From assembly GCA_049512935.1 (NCBI GenBank), contig JBEKWR010000003.1, positions 43,717-107,716 on the forward strand: 64,000 bases of DNA. The letters are read 5' to 3'. The notes below the pieces were generated by a model. That model ran no database searches and was not told the origin of the DNA. It saw nothing but the letters and a program-made list of their open reading frames with translations. A program made the translations under genes and the position numbers. Positions 35,177 through 44,623 of the stretch are shown here, piece by piece (position 1 is the stretch's first letter; each line of letters starts with the position of its first letter). The stretch is from Candidatus Bathyarchaeia archaeon (GTDB lineage: Archaea; Thermoproteota; Bathyarchaeia; Bathyarchaeales; Bathycorpusculaceae).

Positions 35177-38070
35177 GCAGGCTGCTTCACTGCCAACCCT
35201 ATTTCTTCCCGCGGGCGGTTAAGAATTTTCTGCAAAAACCTTCCAGTGTGGCACCCCTCGACCTGCGCGACTTCTTCAGGGGTTCCCTGCGCAAGAAGTT
35301 CCCCTCCCGCAGCTCCGCCTTCAGGACCCAAATCGATGAGGTAATCGCAGCTTTTTATCACATCGAGGTTGTGTTCGATGATGTAGACGGTGTTGCCGTT
35401 GCCAACCAGCCGATTCAGCACCCTGATGAGGCGCTTCGTATCGTCGAAATGCAGCCCCGTGGTCGGCTCGTCAAGCATGTAAACGACGTGTCCCGTCTTG
35501 TTTTTGCTAAGTTCACGCGTGATTTTGATGCGTTGGCTTTCTCCGCCTGACAGTGTGGTTGAGCTTTGCCCAAGTTTAATGTAGCCTAAACCTACGTCTA
35601 GAAGTGTGGTCAGTTTGCGTGAGAGTCGTGGCGTGTTCTCGAAGAACTTGGCTGCTTCCTCAACCGTCATATCCAACACTTCAGCGATGTTCTTGCCTTT
35701 GAAGAGGACGCTTAGGGTTTCCTTGTTGTACCGTTTGCCTTTGCAGTCGCTGCATTGCACGTAGACATCGGGCAGAAAGTTCATTTCTATGCGTAGGACG
35801 CCGTCGCCCTGGCAGGTTTCGCATCTGCCGCCTTTCACGTTGAAGCTGAAGCGTCCCTCTTTGTAGCCGCGGGCTTTCGCCTCTTTGGTTGACGCGAAGA
35901 TGCGTCTTATTTCGTCGAAGAGCTTGGTGTAGGTGGCTGGGTTGCTTCTCGGTGTCCTGCCAATTGGGTCTTGGTCGATGACTATGACGTTGTGGACCAT
36001 CGGCGGAATGTCGATTGACTCGTGTTTGCCGACTTTATCGATTTTCTCCCCAAAGATCTGCCGAAGCTTGGGAATCACGGTTAAATTCATCAGCGTGCTT
36101 TTGCCCGAGCCTGAAACCCCTGTGACTCCGCAGAGCACGCCCAGCGGCAGTTGCAGGTTGAGGCATTTTAGGTTGTTTTCTTCTGCGCCTTTCACGGTGA
36201 TGTAGCCGACGGGTTTGCGCCTTGACTCGGGCACATCGATTTTGAGTTCGCCTGACAGGTACTTGCCCGTGAGGCTTCGCTTGTTAGCCATGATTTCTTC
36301 AGGCGGTCCTTCAGCGACGACGTGTCCTCCGTGGACTCCTGCGCCGGGTCCCATGTCAATGATGTAGTCGGCTTTCCGTATGGTTTCCTCGTCATGCTCG
36401 ACGACGATTAGCGTGTTGCCCAGGTCGCGCAGCCGATGAAGCGTGCTGATGAGTTTAGCGTTGTCCCGCTGGTGCAAGCCGATGCTGGGTTCATCAAGAA
36501 TGTAGAGGACGCCCATGAGATTGCTGCCTATCTGCGTGGCTAAGCGGATTCTCTGCGCTTCGCCGCCGCTAAGTGTCCGCGCCGCACGGCTAAGCGACAG
36601 GTAGCCTAAACCAACGTTCTTCAAGAAACCCAGCCGCTCATTGACTTCCTTGAGCACCTGTTTGGCAATTGCTAGTTCTTTTTCGGTGAGTTGCGCTGGC
36701 AGGTTGTGGAAGAATTCAACCGCCTCTTCAATCGACAGGTCAGTTGCGTCGATTATGCTTTTATCCATAATTTTTACTGCGAGAACGACGGGCTGCAGTT
36801 TCTTTCCTTTGCAGGCGTTGCAGGGTCGGGATGTCATGAATTTTTCGATGTCTTCTTTTCGCCATTCGCTCTCAGTCTGGCGATAGAGCCTTGCCGTCTG
36901 CGGGATTATGCCTTCCCAGCCTTCGCGCATCCACATGTTAGCGCCGTTTGACCAGTGACCGTTGAGGGGTTCTCTGTCGCCGTAAAGGAGCACGTGCAGC
37001 TGCTGCTCTGTGAAATCTTTTATCGGTGTGAAAACGTCGAATCCGTGTTTTTTACCGACCGTTGCTATCTGCTGCGCGCGCCAGCTAAGGTCCATGCTGC
37101 CGTAAATCGCTAAAGCGCCATCCATGATGGATAAGTCTTTGTTTGGGATAACTTTGTCTGGGGATATTTCGGTTATTTCGCCTAAGCCGTGGCAGGTTGG
37201 GCAGGCGCCGAAAGGCGAGTTGAAGCTGAACATTCGCGGCTCAAGGCTTTCAAAAACGATTTCGGGGTGATTTGGGCATGCTCCGAAGGTGCTGTACATC
37301 GTTTCATCTTCGAACCGTTCAAGCTCTTTTTTCTCTGTTTGAGCCTTTTCGGCGTCGATGACAATCATTGTTCCCTTGCCCACCTGAAGAGCCTGCTCCA
37401 CCGCTTCAGAAATTCGAGAATGCTCCTCATCAACAATTTTTACTGTGTCGATGACGGCTTCAATCCAGTGCTTCTCGTACCGCACCAGCTTAACTTCTTC
37501 CTTTATGGCGTCGGAATCGTAGATTTTCTGGTCTACCCGTATCTTGGTGTACCCCTGCTTCTTGAGGTCGTCGAAAACCTGCTCGTGCGTGCCTTTTATA
37601 CCGCGGATGACTGGGGCAAGGAAAGTCAAGGTTTTCTTTTTTTCAACCATGATAAGGCTGGTGATGTTTTCTGGGCTCTGCGGGTGAATTGAACTGCCGC
37701 AGATGGGGCAGTGATGTGTGCCGATGCGGGCGAAAAGAAGCCTCAGGTAATCGTAGATTTCCGTGACGGTTCCAACGGTTGAACGGGGGTTTTTGCTGGT
37801 GCTTTTCTGCTCAATTGAGATGGCTGGAGACAATCCTTCGATGGAGTCAACATCGGGTTTATCCATCAAGCCGAGGAACTGCCGTGCGTAAGCGGATAGG
37901 CTCTCAACGTACCTGCGCTGTCCCTCCGCGTAGATGGTGTCGAAGGCAAGAGTGGATTTTCCTGAGCCAGAAAGCCCAGTGATAACTATGAACTTGTTTC
38001 TGGGCAATTCCACGTCGATGTTTTTGAGGTTATGCTCTCTTGCACCCTTAACTGAGATGCTGTCTCTCAT
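35173..38070 (-). CDS. uvrA: Excinuclease ABC subunit A
   Basis: GLSGSGKS and GVSGSGKS Walker A, two LSGGE signatures, zinc fingers. Confidence 0.98.
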   Translation of the reverse strand: MRDSISVKGAREHNLKNIDVELPRNKFIVITGLSGSGKSTLAFDTIYAEGQRRYVESLSAYARQFLGLMDKPDVDSIEGLSPAISIEQKSTSKNPRSTVGTVTEIYDYLRLLFARIGTHHCPICGSSIHPQSPENITSLIMVEKKKTLTFLAPVIRGIKGTHEQVFDDLKKQGYTKIRVDQKIYDSDAIKEEVKLVRYEKHWIEAVIDTVKIVDEEHSRISEAVEQALQVGKGTMIVIDAEKAQTEKKELERFEDETMYSTFGACPNHPEIVFESLEPRMFSFNSPFGACPTCHGLGEITEISPDKVIPNKDLSIMDGALAIYGSMDLSWRAQQIATVGKKHGFDVFTPIKDFTEQQLHVLLYGDREPLNGHWSNGANMWMREGWEGIIPQTARLYRQTESEWRKEDIEKFMTSRPCNACKGKKLQPVVLAVKIMDKSIIDATDLSIEEAVEFFHNLPAQLTEKELAIAKQVLKEVNERLGFLKNVGLGYLSLSRAARTLSGGEAQRIRLATQIGSNLMGVLYILDEPSIGLHQRDNAKLISTLHRLRDLGNTLIVVEHDEETIRKADYIIDMGPGAGVHGGHVVAEGPPEEIMANKRSLTGKYLSGELKIDVPESRRKPVGYITVKGAEENNLKCLNLQLPLGVLCGVTGVSGSGKSTLMNLTVIPKLRQIFGEKIDKVGKHESIDIPPMVHNVIVIDQDPIGRTPRSNPATYTKLFDEIRRIFASTKEAKARGYKEGRFSFNVKGGRCETCQGDGVLRIEMNFLPDVYVQCSDCKGKRYNKETLSVLFKGKNIAEVLDMTVEEAAKFFENTPRLSRKLTTLLDVGLGYIKLGQSSTTLSGGESQRIKITRELSKNKTGHVVYMLDEPTTGLHFDDTKRLIRVLNRLVGNGNTVYIIEHNLDVIKSCDYLIDLGPEGGAAGGELLAQGTPEEVAQVEGCHTGRFLQKILNRPREEIGLAVKQPA

Positions 38071-38145
38071 AACGAAACCAGTTTCCTTCTCCGCTTCTCG
38101 TAAACTTAACCTGTTTAGGCAGGATGGATTAGAACCTTTTTGCTC

Positions 38146-40110
38146 CTAACTCCAAGTTTTCTGGGTTTCACCCTCGTTTTCCACCTTCTTTGTCAACGCC
38201 AGATTCAGCTCCGCAATCGTGTCCCTAAGTTCAATGGCGCGTTCGAAGTCAAGTTTCTCGGCGGCTTTCCTCATCTGCGCGTCAAGCTCAATTATCTGGC
38301 GCTGAATGTCTGACTTCGGCAGGTGCTTTACACCCTTAATCTTGCCCTCCTTAAGCGACACGCTCTTCACTATCGTCTTAGGCGTGATGCCGTGGATTTG
38401 GTTGTAGCGTTTCTGGAAGGCGCGCCTGTAATTCGTAATTTCCATCGCCCGCTTGATCGACGCTGTCTCCACGTCGGCGTAAAGGAAGACTTTGCCGTTG
38501 ACGTTTCTTGCTGCTCGCCCGATGGTTTGGATGAGGCTTCGCTCGTCCCGCAGAAAACCCTCCTTGTCAGCGTCCAAAATGAAGATGGTGGCGACCTCTG
38601 GGATGTCTAAGCCTTCACGCAGCAGGTTTATGCCTACTAAAATGTCGAAGTCGCCCACGCGCAGTTGCCGCACAAGTTCTATGCGGTCTAAGCTTTCGAT
38701 GTCTGAGTGCATGTATCTTACGCGGAAGCCTTCTTTGACAAGGTAATCCGCAAGGTCTTCAGCCATCCGTTTCGTAAGCGTCGTGATTAGGATGCGGTCG
38801 CCGCGCTCGATGGTTTTCTTAGCTTCAGCCATCAGGTGCTGCATCTGCCCAGCGATCGGGTGAAGCTCCACTTCAGGGTCTAAAAGACCCGTTGGACGCG
38901 TGATGAGTTCGACGGGTGGGCCGCTCTTTTCCAGCTCGTACTCGGCTGGGGTCGCGGAGGCGAAGAGGACTTTGCCCATTTTTCCCTCAAACTCCTCAAA
39001 CCTTAAGGGTCTGTTGTCGAGGGCGCTGGGAAGTCGGAAGCCGAAGTCTACGAGGTTCTTTTTTCTTGAGTAGTCACCGTTGTACATCGCGTGTGCCTGC
39101 GGAATCGTCTGGTGGCTCTCGTCGATGATGAGCAGGTAATCTTTGGGGAAGTAATCCATCAGTGTGAACGGCGGCTCGCCTGGTCTGCGCCCGTCAAAGT
39201 GCCTGCTGTAGTTCTCCATGCCTGCGCAGAAGCCGATTTCCCGTATCATCTCCAAATCGTAGTTTGTCCGTTGCTTTAGCCTTTGAGCCTCAAGCGGCGG
39301 CAGATCGGGAAGCCTCTGCTCTAACTCCTGCTTGATATGCTCAAGCGCGAGTGCATGCTTCTCTTCGGGAACAACGTACTGGCGTGCAGGGTAAAGAGTA
39401 AGCTTGTCAACTGTGACTTTGACGTCGCCTGTTATGTGGTTGACTTCTTTAAGTTTGCCAACCGTGTTTGCGTCGAGTTCAACCCGTAAAATATCGTTCT
39501 CGTAGGAGGGCACGATGTCCACTGAGTTGCCTCGCACGCGGAACCTGCCAGGCTCAAGCACCATGTCACATCGTTCGTACTGCATGTCAACCAGCGCATG
39601 GATCAGGTCTTGCCTTGAAATTTGCTTTCCAACCGCCAAGTCCAGCGCCATTTTTCTGAAGTCGTCCGGGTTTCCAAGGCTGTAGATGCAGCTTATGCTG
39701 GCGACTATTATGGTGTCGTTTCGGCTGACCAGGCTGGAGACAGCGTGCATACGCATCTTCTCGATTTCCTCGTTCACGTCAGAGTCTTTTTCAATGTACA
39801 TGTCCTGCGCTGGCAAGTACGATTCAGGCTGATAGAAATCGTAGAAGCTGATGAAGTATTCAACGCGGTTGTTCGGGAAGTAGGATTTCAACTCGGCATA
39901 GAGCTGCGCTGCCAAAATCTTGTTGTGCGAGATTATCAGGGTTGGCTTTTGCAGGCGGTTGATCACGTTAGCCATGACAAACGTCTTTCCTGAACCAGTC
40001 AAGCCCAGAAGCGTCTGCTTATCCTTCGTTGCGAAGTTGCTTACGAGTTGGTCGACGGCTTTTTCCTGACCGGGAGAAATCTTAAAAGGCGCATTTAGCT
40101 CGAACTGCAT
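38146..40110 (-). CDS. uvrB: Excinuclease ABC subunit B
   Basis: GLTGSGKT, YDFYQPE, DESH, LIQTIGRAARN, C-terminal UVR; ATG 40110 preferred. Confidence 0.97.
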   Translation of the reverse strand: MQFELNAPFKISPGQEKAVDQLVSNFATKDKQTLLGLTGSGKTFVMANVINRLQKPTLIISHNKILAAQLYAELKSYFPNNRVEYFISFYDFYQPESYLPAQDMYIEKDSDVNEEIEKMRMHAVSSLVSRNDTIIVASISCIYSLGNPDDFRKMALDLAVGKQISRQDLIHALVDMQYERCDMVLEPGRFRVRGNSVDIVPSYENDILRVELDANTVGKLKEVNHITGDVKVTVDKLTLYPARQYVVPEEKHALALEHIKQELEQRLPDLPPLEAQRLKQRTNYDLEMIREIGFCAGMENYSRHFDGRRPGEPPFTLMDYFPKDYLLIIDESHQTIPQAHAMYNGDYSRKKNLVDFGFRLPSALDNRPLRFEEFEGKMGKVLFASATPAEYELEKSGPPVELITRPTGLLDPEVELHPIAGQMQHLMAEAKKTIERGDRILITTLTKRMAEDLADYLVKEGFRVRYMHSDIESLDRIELVRQLRVGDFDILVGINLLREGLDIPEVATIFILDADKEGFLRDERSLIQTIGRAARNVNGKVFLYADVETASIKRAMEITNYRRAFQKRYNQIHGITPKTIVKSVSLKEGKIKGVKHLPKSDIQRQIIELDAQMRKAAEKLDFERAIELRDTIAELNLALTKKVENEGETQKTWS

Positions 40111-40220
40111 TGTTTCTCTCCACAAACTGACAAGAAATGACCCTACAAGTTGAACTAATAAGGCTTTTTCTAAAACCACTCCTTATCTCCAAGATGACTC
40201 AGTCTTCTGATAACAAGAAT

Positions 40221-40871
40221 TTACGGTAGAGGGATTCCGCCAATCCACACTGGGACAATCTGGAAACTTGTTATCTCCATTTTACTTGTTGTTGCTAAAT
40301 AAATAGAAATAGTTGCCGTCTCCCCGCCGTTTAGGCCCGCAAATGACAATGAGTCTGGTGGGAGTCCCACCTGAGTTAAATCAGTTGCGTTAATTTCATT
40401 GTTGCCGCTAAATATTTTTGCGGTCAAGAAAACATAGGCGAAAGCTGGAGTTGGATTATTCAGGAACTGGGCGGGCGGTGGGTACTGTGCCGAGTAATCG
40501 TTGCGTACGGTGACGTTTATGATGACGCATGGTTCCCCTTTTTCAACAACTGGCGGACCACCTTGTTGACCCATGGCGCTGCGGGTGGGGTAAGGATAGA
40601 AACCGGAACTTAAGTTTGTGGAAACGACAAAAATTCTGGTGATGTTGCCCCTGAATGATAGGTAGTAGCCAGATGCGGGTTGAACTTTTCCAATAACTGG
40701 TTTTACGGCTTGAGGCAGCGAATTACGCGAGATTTCGGGTATGACCCAGAATGCAGACAACAATATTGTTGCAACTGCTATTAATGCCGCTAAGACTACG
40801 AGTTTTTTCTTTAGGCTAAAATGATTCAAACTGTTTTCTGGGTTCTTCATCACTGAATCCTTATTTTTCAA
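40221..40871 (-). CDS. Membrane-anchored hypothetical protein
   Basis: N-terminal TM helix then beta-rich extracellular domain with N-x-S/T sites. Confidence 0.6.
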   Translation of the reverse strand: MKNKDSVMKNPENSLNHFSLKKKLVVLAALIAVATILLSAFWVIPEISRNSLPQAVKPVIGKVQPASGYYLSFRGNITRIFVVSTNLSSGFYPYPTRSAMGQQGGPPVVEKGEPCVIINVTVRNDYSAQYPPPAQFLNNPTPAFAYVFLTAKIFSGNNEINATDLTQVGLPPDSLSFAGLNGGETATISIYLATTSKMEITSFQIVPVWIGGIPLP

Positions 40872-40981
40872 ATCTTTTAAGGCTATACATTAGAACAGCG
40901 CGTTCAAGCGAGATACTAAAGTTGAAATTTTTCTGTGAAGGCAGTTTACCAAAGATCGATGAACTTCTGCAAAAGCTGGAC

Positions 40982-41218
40982 CTAAAAAGGCCGCGTCTTT
41001 TCAGGGCGTCTTCCGGAAAGCAAGACAAAAACAAGACCCAACACCACTAGAACGATGCTGAGTACGTCGAAAATTATCAGTCTGTTAGTACTTTTTATGT
41101 AGTTAAAATGGTAAAGCAGGGACGAAAGAGTCAGAAAGAACACTCCGATAATTATGATTATTAATCCCTGCAAGAGCGACTTTGTCGGCATCTTAACATC
41201 ACCAAGCCATAACAGCAA
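40982..41218 (-). CDS. Small two-helix membrane protein
   Basis: Two hydrophobic helices; probable start at internal ATG (MPTK). Confidence 0.45.
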   Translation of the reverse strand: MLLWLGDVKMPTKSLLQGLIIIIIGVFFLTLSSLLYHFNYIKSTNRLIIFDVLSIVLVVLGLVFVLLSGRRPEKTRPF

Positions 41219-41348
41219 TTATTCCTGCTTAGAATTGAATGAATCCCTTCCGTTTTAGCTTTTCGAAACCGCTGTTTTTGCCGCCGATCCCTTTCATTTA
41301 CCCGATATTGAACGAAGAAGCCGTTGACTGGGTACTCGGCCTTTTTTC

Positions 41349-41642
41349 TTACACGACTTTTAGTGTGCCGAATTTGCCTGCGTTTAGCTGGATTTCGCCT
41401 TTGAAGCTGGTTATGTAGCCGTTGTCGATTTTTATGTTGTCGCCAACGTTAACCATGTCGATCTGCTCGTTCCACAGTGTCAGCTTGATGCTGCCCGTCT
41501 CGTCCGCAACCACGGCGTCGACGATGCGGTAAGTTTCATCTTTAAAACGTGATTTGACTTCTCTCGGGTCGCCTTTTTCAACAACTTTCGCTTCAACGCT
41601 AACCCGTTTCATCCCATTCTGCAAATCCTTAATAGCTGTCAA
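41349..41642 (-). CDS. ssb: Single OB-fold single-stranded DNA-binding protein (crenarchaeal type)
   Basis: VADETGSIKLTLWNEQ, GDNIKIDNGY, GEIQLN. Confidence 0.88.
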   Translation of the reverse strand: MTAIKDLQNGMKRVSVEAKVVEKGDPREVKSRFKDETYRIVDAVVADETGSIKLTLWNEQIDMVNVGDNIKIDNGYITSFKGEIQLNAGKFGTLKVV

Positions 41643-41781
41643 TTTGAGTCACCCTAAACAGTAAATTTCCCGCTTCAGATTTTCACTTCCAGAATTTGTG
41701 CCCTTCAATCATATAAATCTTGCCTTAACCCCGCTTAAGCGCGTGGAAAAAGGGGAAAAAAGGGTGAAGCGGCGGCTTATC

Positions 41782-43062
41782 TTAGATTGGGATGCTGAAC
41801 AGCAGCAGCAAGAATATTGTGAGGCCGACGCTGACGCCTGCGATCCCAATTCTCTTCGTCATCGAGAACGCCGGGTTAATGTGGCCTATTATGACGGTGC
41901 ATAAGTAACCCAGCCAGACGTACGAAATGACGAACAGCGCCAAGACGAGGGTGCTGAAGCCAGAGGTCGCCGAAAGGACAGCGTTAACAGCCGCTTGGGA
42001 CTGTGCTGACAGTAAACCCACCATCTGCGACGGGTAGGATATTGCGCCGAGGATGGTTGGTGCACTGCCAATCGACGCGTCATAGGGAAAGTAAAGATTG
42101 TTCAGCGTGAACGTGGCGAGGAAACCGACCAAGGCTCGGACAACCATCACAAACATTGCGAAAGCCACGGCAACGAACAGCGGCTTCCACGTGAGCGGCG
42201 CTTTGAACGCTTTAAACAGCAGGTAGATTAGTCCTGTCAAGAGCAGCCAAGTGAAAATGAACTGCAGAGAATATGCCTCCAGGAAGCTTGCTGAAGCCAC
42301 GGCGCCTTCAAATGACAGGGGCGACTCGTACTGCCCGCGGAAGAACAACCCGCCTATGCGGATTGTTATGTTCGAGTCGGCTGGGTAGGTGAAGTCCAGT
42401 TTTATAGCCGTGATGTTTCCCCAGTTTGGAGCGCCGTTGGTTGTCCAGCCTTGGCTTGCGGGTCCAAGCGGGATGGTTAGGTTTTGCCAGACGTTGATTA
42501 AAGACGTGGTCGACAGGGAAGAGGTTAACTGGTAATTGTAATAGTTTGAGTCGTTAAGCGAGTACAGGGTTAAAGTTGCGCTCTGAGGAACCGTCTGAGG
42601 CGACACCAACTTTAGGGTCATGGAAAGGTTCTCAAAACCGTTGGGGGCGCAGTTAACGTTAAAGAGGTCCTGCAGGGTGGCAGAGGCGCTGTTTGCGTTC
42701 GGCGCGTCGATTTCTAAGCTGCTGGGACCCTTAGTGTTAGTGTAGTTTGTGAACAGATTGTAGTATCCTATGCTTGACCCAGCGTAAACTGTGTAGTTGA
42801 AGTAGTCTGCGTAATTGTTGCTTAAGCTGACGCCTGTGCTGTTGGTCCACAACGTAGCGTTGGTGTACTGTGCCAACTCGCCGATGGACGGCGTTGTGTT
42901 TTCCACTTGGGTTTTGGCAAACTGAACGTATTCAAAGCCGAACTGCAAGCCGAGGAACAGTACGAAAACGAGAAGCACTCCAAGATACTTGGGGTTCTCA
43001 ATTATCTTTTTGAAGGCTTTCACGGGTGTGTAAAGTACTTGCGCCATGTCGTCTAGAATCAA
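41782..43062 (-). CDS. Yip1-like membrane protein with large inserted extracellular domain
   Basis: VLYTPVKAFKKI..NP N-terminus, TM helices either side of a 200-aa Asn/Thr-rich beta domain. Confidence 0.65.
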   Translation of the reverse strand: MILDDMAQVLYTPVKAFKKIIENPKYLGVLLVFVLFLGLQFGFEYVQFAKTQVENTTPSIGELAQYTNATLWTNSTGVSLSNNYADYFNYTVYAGSSIGYYNLFTNYTNTKGPSSLEIDAPNANSASATLQDLFNVNCAPNGFENLSMTLKLVSPQTVPQSATLTLYSLNDSNYYNYQLTSSLSTTSLINVWQNLTIPLGPASQGWTTNGAPNWGNITAIKLDFTYPADSNITIRIGGLFFRGQYESPLSFEGAVASASFLEAYSLQFIFTWLLLTGLIYLLFKAFKAPLTWKPLFVAVAFAMFVMVVRALVGFLATFTLNNLYFPYDASIGSAPTILGAISYPSQMVGLLSAQSQAAVNAVLSATSGFSTLVLALFVISYVWLGYLCTVIIGHINPAFSMTKRIGIAGVSVGLTIFLLLLFSIPI

Positions 43063-43114
43063 TCTTTTGACTTCCTCGCTATGTCAGTTCCGTGGTGATT
43101 TATTTAAGTATTTG

Positions 43115-44623
43115 TCACATTCCCATTTTGAGCCGTCGATACGTCGTGTAATCCACGTACTCTATGAACGGGTTCTCAGCTTGGAATTTAACATTGACCT
43201 TCTGGTGCTTTCGCTTGTCGATAAGCTGGCTTGTGGTTCTAAGCAGGTACGCGTCGCTTCCAGCGCCTGAACCGTAGCTGCCGACCAAGATAAGTTCTTC
43301 AGGCTTTGCAACGTCAAGCACCGACGCTAAACCCACGGGCACGCAGCCGGAGTAGGTGTTGCCGAACTTGTTAATCTGAAGCGCGGGCAAGTACTGCTCT
43401 TCCTTAAACCCAAGCTCCTTAGCCATCCTGACTGGGAACACTGGGTTAGGCTGATGAGCAACGAAGTAGGCTAAGTCGCTTGCTTTAAGGTTGAAACGCT
43501 CCATAAGCTTGCAGGTTGCCTTGCGAACATGCTTAAAATACGCGGGGTCACCAGTGAATCTTCCGCCATGACTCGGGAACTGTTCGCCGTCTCTGCGCCA
43601 GAAATCAGGCGTGTCAGACGTGCAGCTGTACCATCCCTCCACCTGAGCGATCACGTCGTTTTTCCCGAAAATGAAGGCGGCGCCGCCGTAGCCGACAAAC
43701 GTGTCCAGTTCGCCGCCTGGGCAGCCTCTGGGCGCAGCTTGCGCGTTATCCGCGCCGATAGCCATGGCGTATTCTATGCCCGAGCGTGGGTAACTAACAA
43801 GGGAACAGGCGTCCTTATACATGCTTGTAGCCGCCTTGCAGGCAAACTCGGTGTCGACCGCGTCGACGCCTTGGACGTCGCCGTCTTCTTCGCCGAGCTT
43901 AAGAACCTGAGCTACCTTCGCCGCGATAGGCTTAACTGAGTACGGGTTGGATTCTGAGCCGACGTAGACTTTTCCGATCAGTTTGCTGTCGACGCCTGAG
44001 TGGACCAGCGCCATTTTTCCAGCCTCCACCGACGCGGTCACTGAGTCTTCGTCGAGGAAGGGGACGGCTCGCTCCAGCTCGGCTTCTTTTATTCTGAACC
44101 TTGAAATGTAAACGCCATAGCCCACGACTCCTGGCACGTCGTACTCCTTGGTGGGTGCCACAACCTTGTACTCTTGATGCGGGTAATACTCGTCGGCTAA
44201 AGTGAAAGCCAAGGAGATCGTTGGGATAACATCGCTTTTGCTCACGGAGTAGCGCCTGCGGAAGCGGGGAACAACCTCTCTTCCCTCAAGGTTCGACAAG
44301 TCAACCTCTTTGCCGTCGCAGATTAACTGGTCAGTCAGCCTTGCTGGCACGCGGATTTTGCCGTCGTGAAAAGAAACAATCCCGTAAACGAAGTTCGAGA
44401 GCTTCATGAACTTGTTGGTGGGTTCGTTGACGAAGGTGCATAACTCCAGTTTTCCCTTGTCATAAAACAGGTCGATGCTGTCCATTTTTCCGTAGCTTTT
44501 TCTGCCGCAGTTGCTGCAGTAATCGCGGACTTCAAAGTATTCTTTGCCGCAGCATTGGCATCGGCTTGCCCGTAACCTGTCACCTAAATAAGAAACCCGC
44601 CGCTCTATCGGTTCACTGCTCAA
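43115..44623 (-). CDS. DUF35 (zinc ribbon-OB) fused to HMG-CoA synthase
   Basis: CQCC..CSNC ribbon and OB fold, then GSESNPY, EFACKAAT, VAHQPN, GSYGSGAGSDA. Confidence 0.9.
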   Translation of the reverse strand: MSSEPIERRVSYLGDRLRASRCQCCGKEYFEVRDYCSNCGRKSYGKMDSIDLFYDKGKLELCTFVNEPTNKFMKLSNFVYGIVSFHDGKIRVPARLTDQLICDGKEVDLSNLEGREVVPRFRRRYSVSKSDVIPTISLAFTLADEYYPHQEYKVVAPTKEYDVPGVVGYGVYISRFRIKEAELERAVPFLDEDSVTASVEAGKMALVHSGVDSKLIGKVYVGSESNPYSVKPIAAKVAQVLKLGEEDGDVQGVDAVDTEFACKAATSMYKDACSLVSYPRSGIEYAMAIGADNAQAAPRGCPGGELDTFVGYGGAAFIFGKNDVIAQVEGWYSCTSDTPDFWRRDGEQFPSHGGRFTGDPAYFKHVRKATCKLMERFNLKASDLAYFVAHQPNPVFPVRMAKELGFKEEQYLPALQINKFGNTYSGCVPVGLASVLDVAKPEELILVGSYGSGAGSDAYLLRTTSQLIDKRKHQKVNVKFQAENPFIEYVDYTTYRRLKMGM

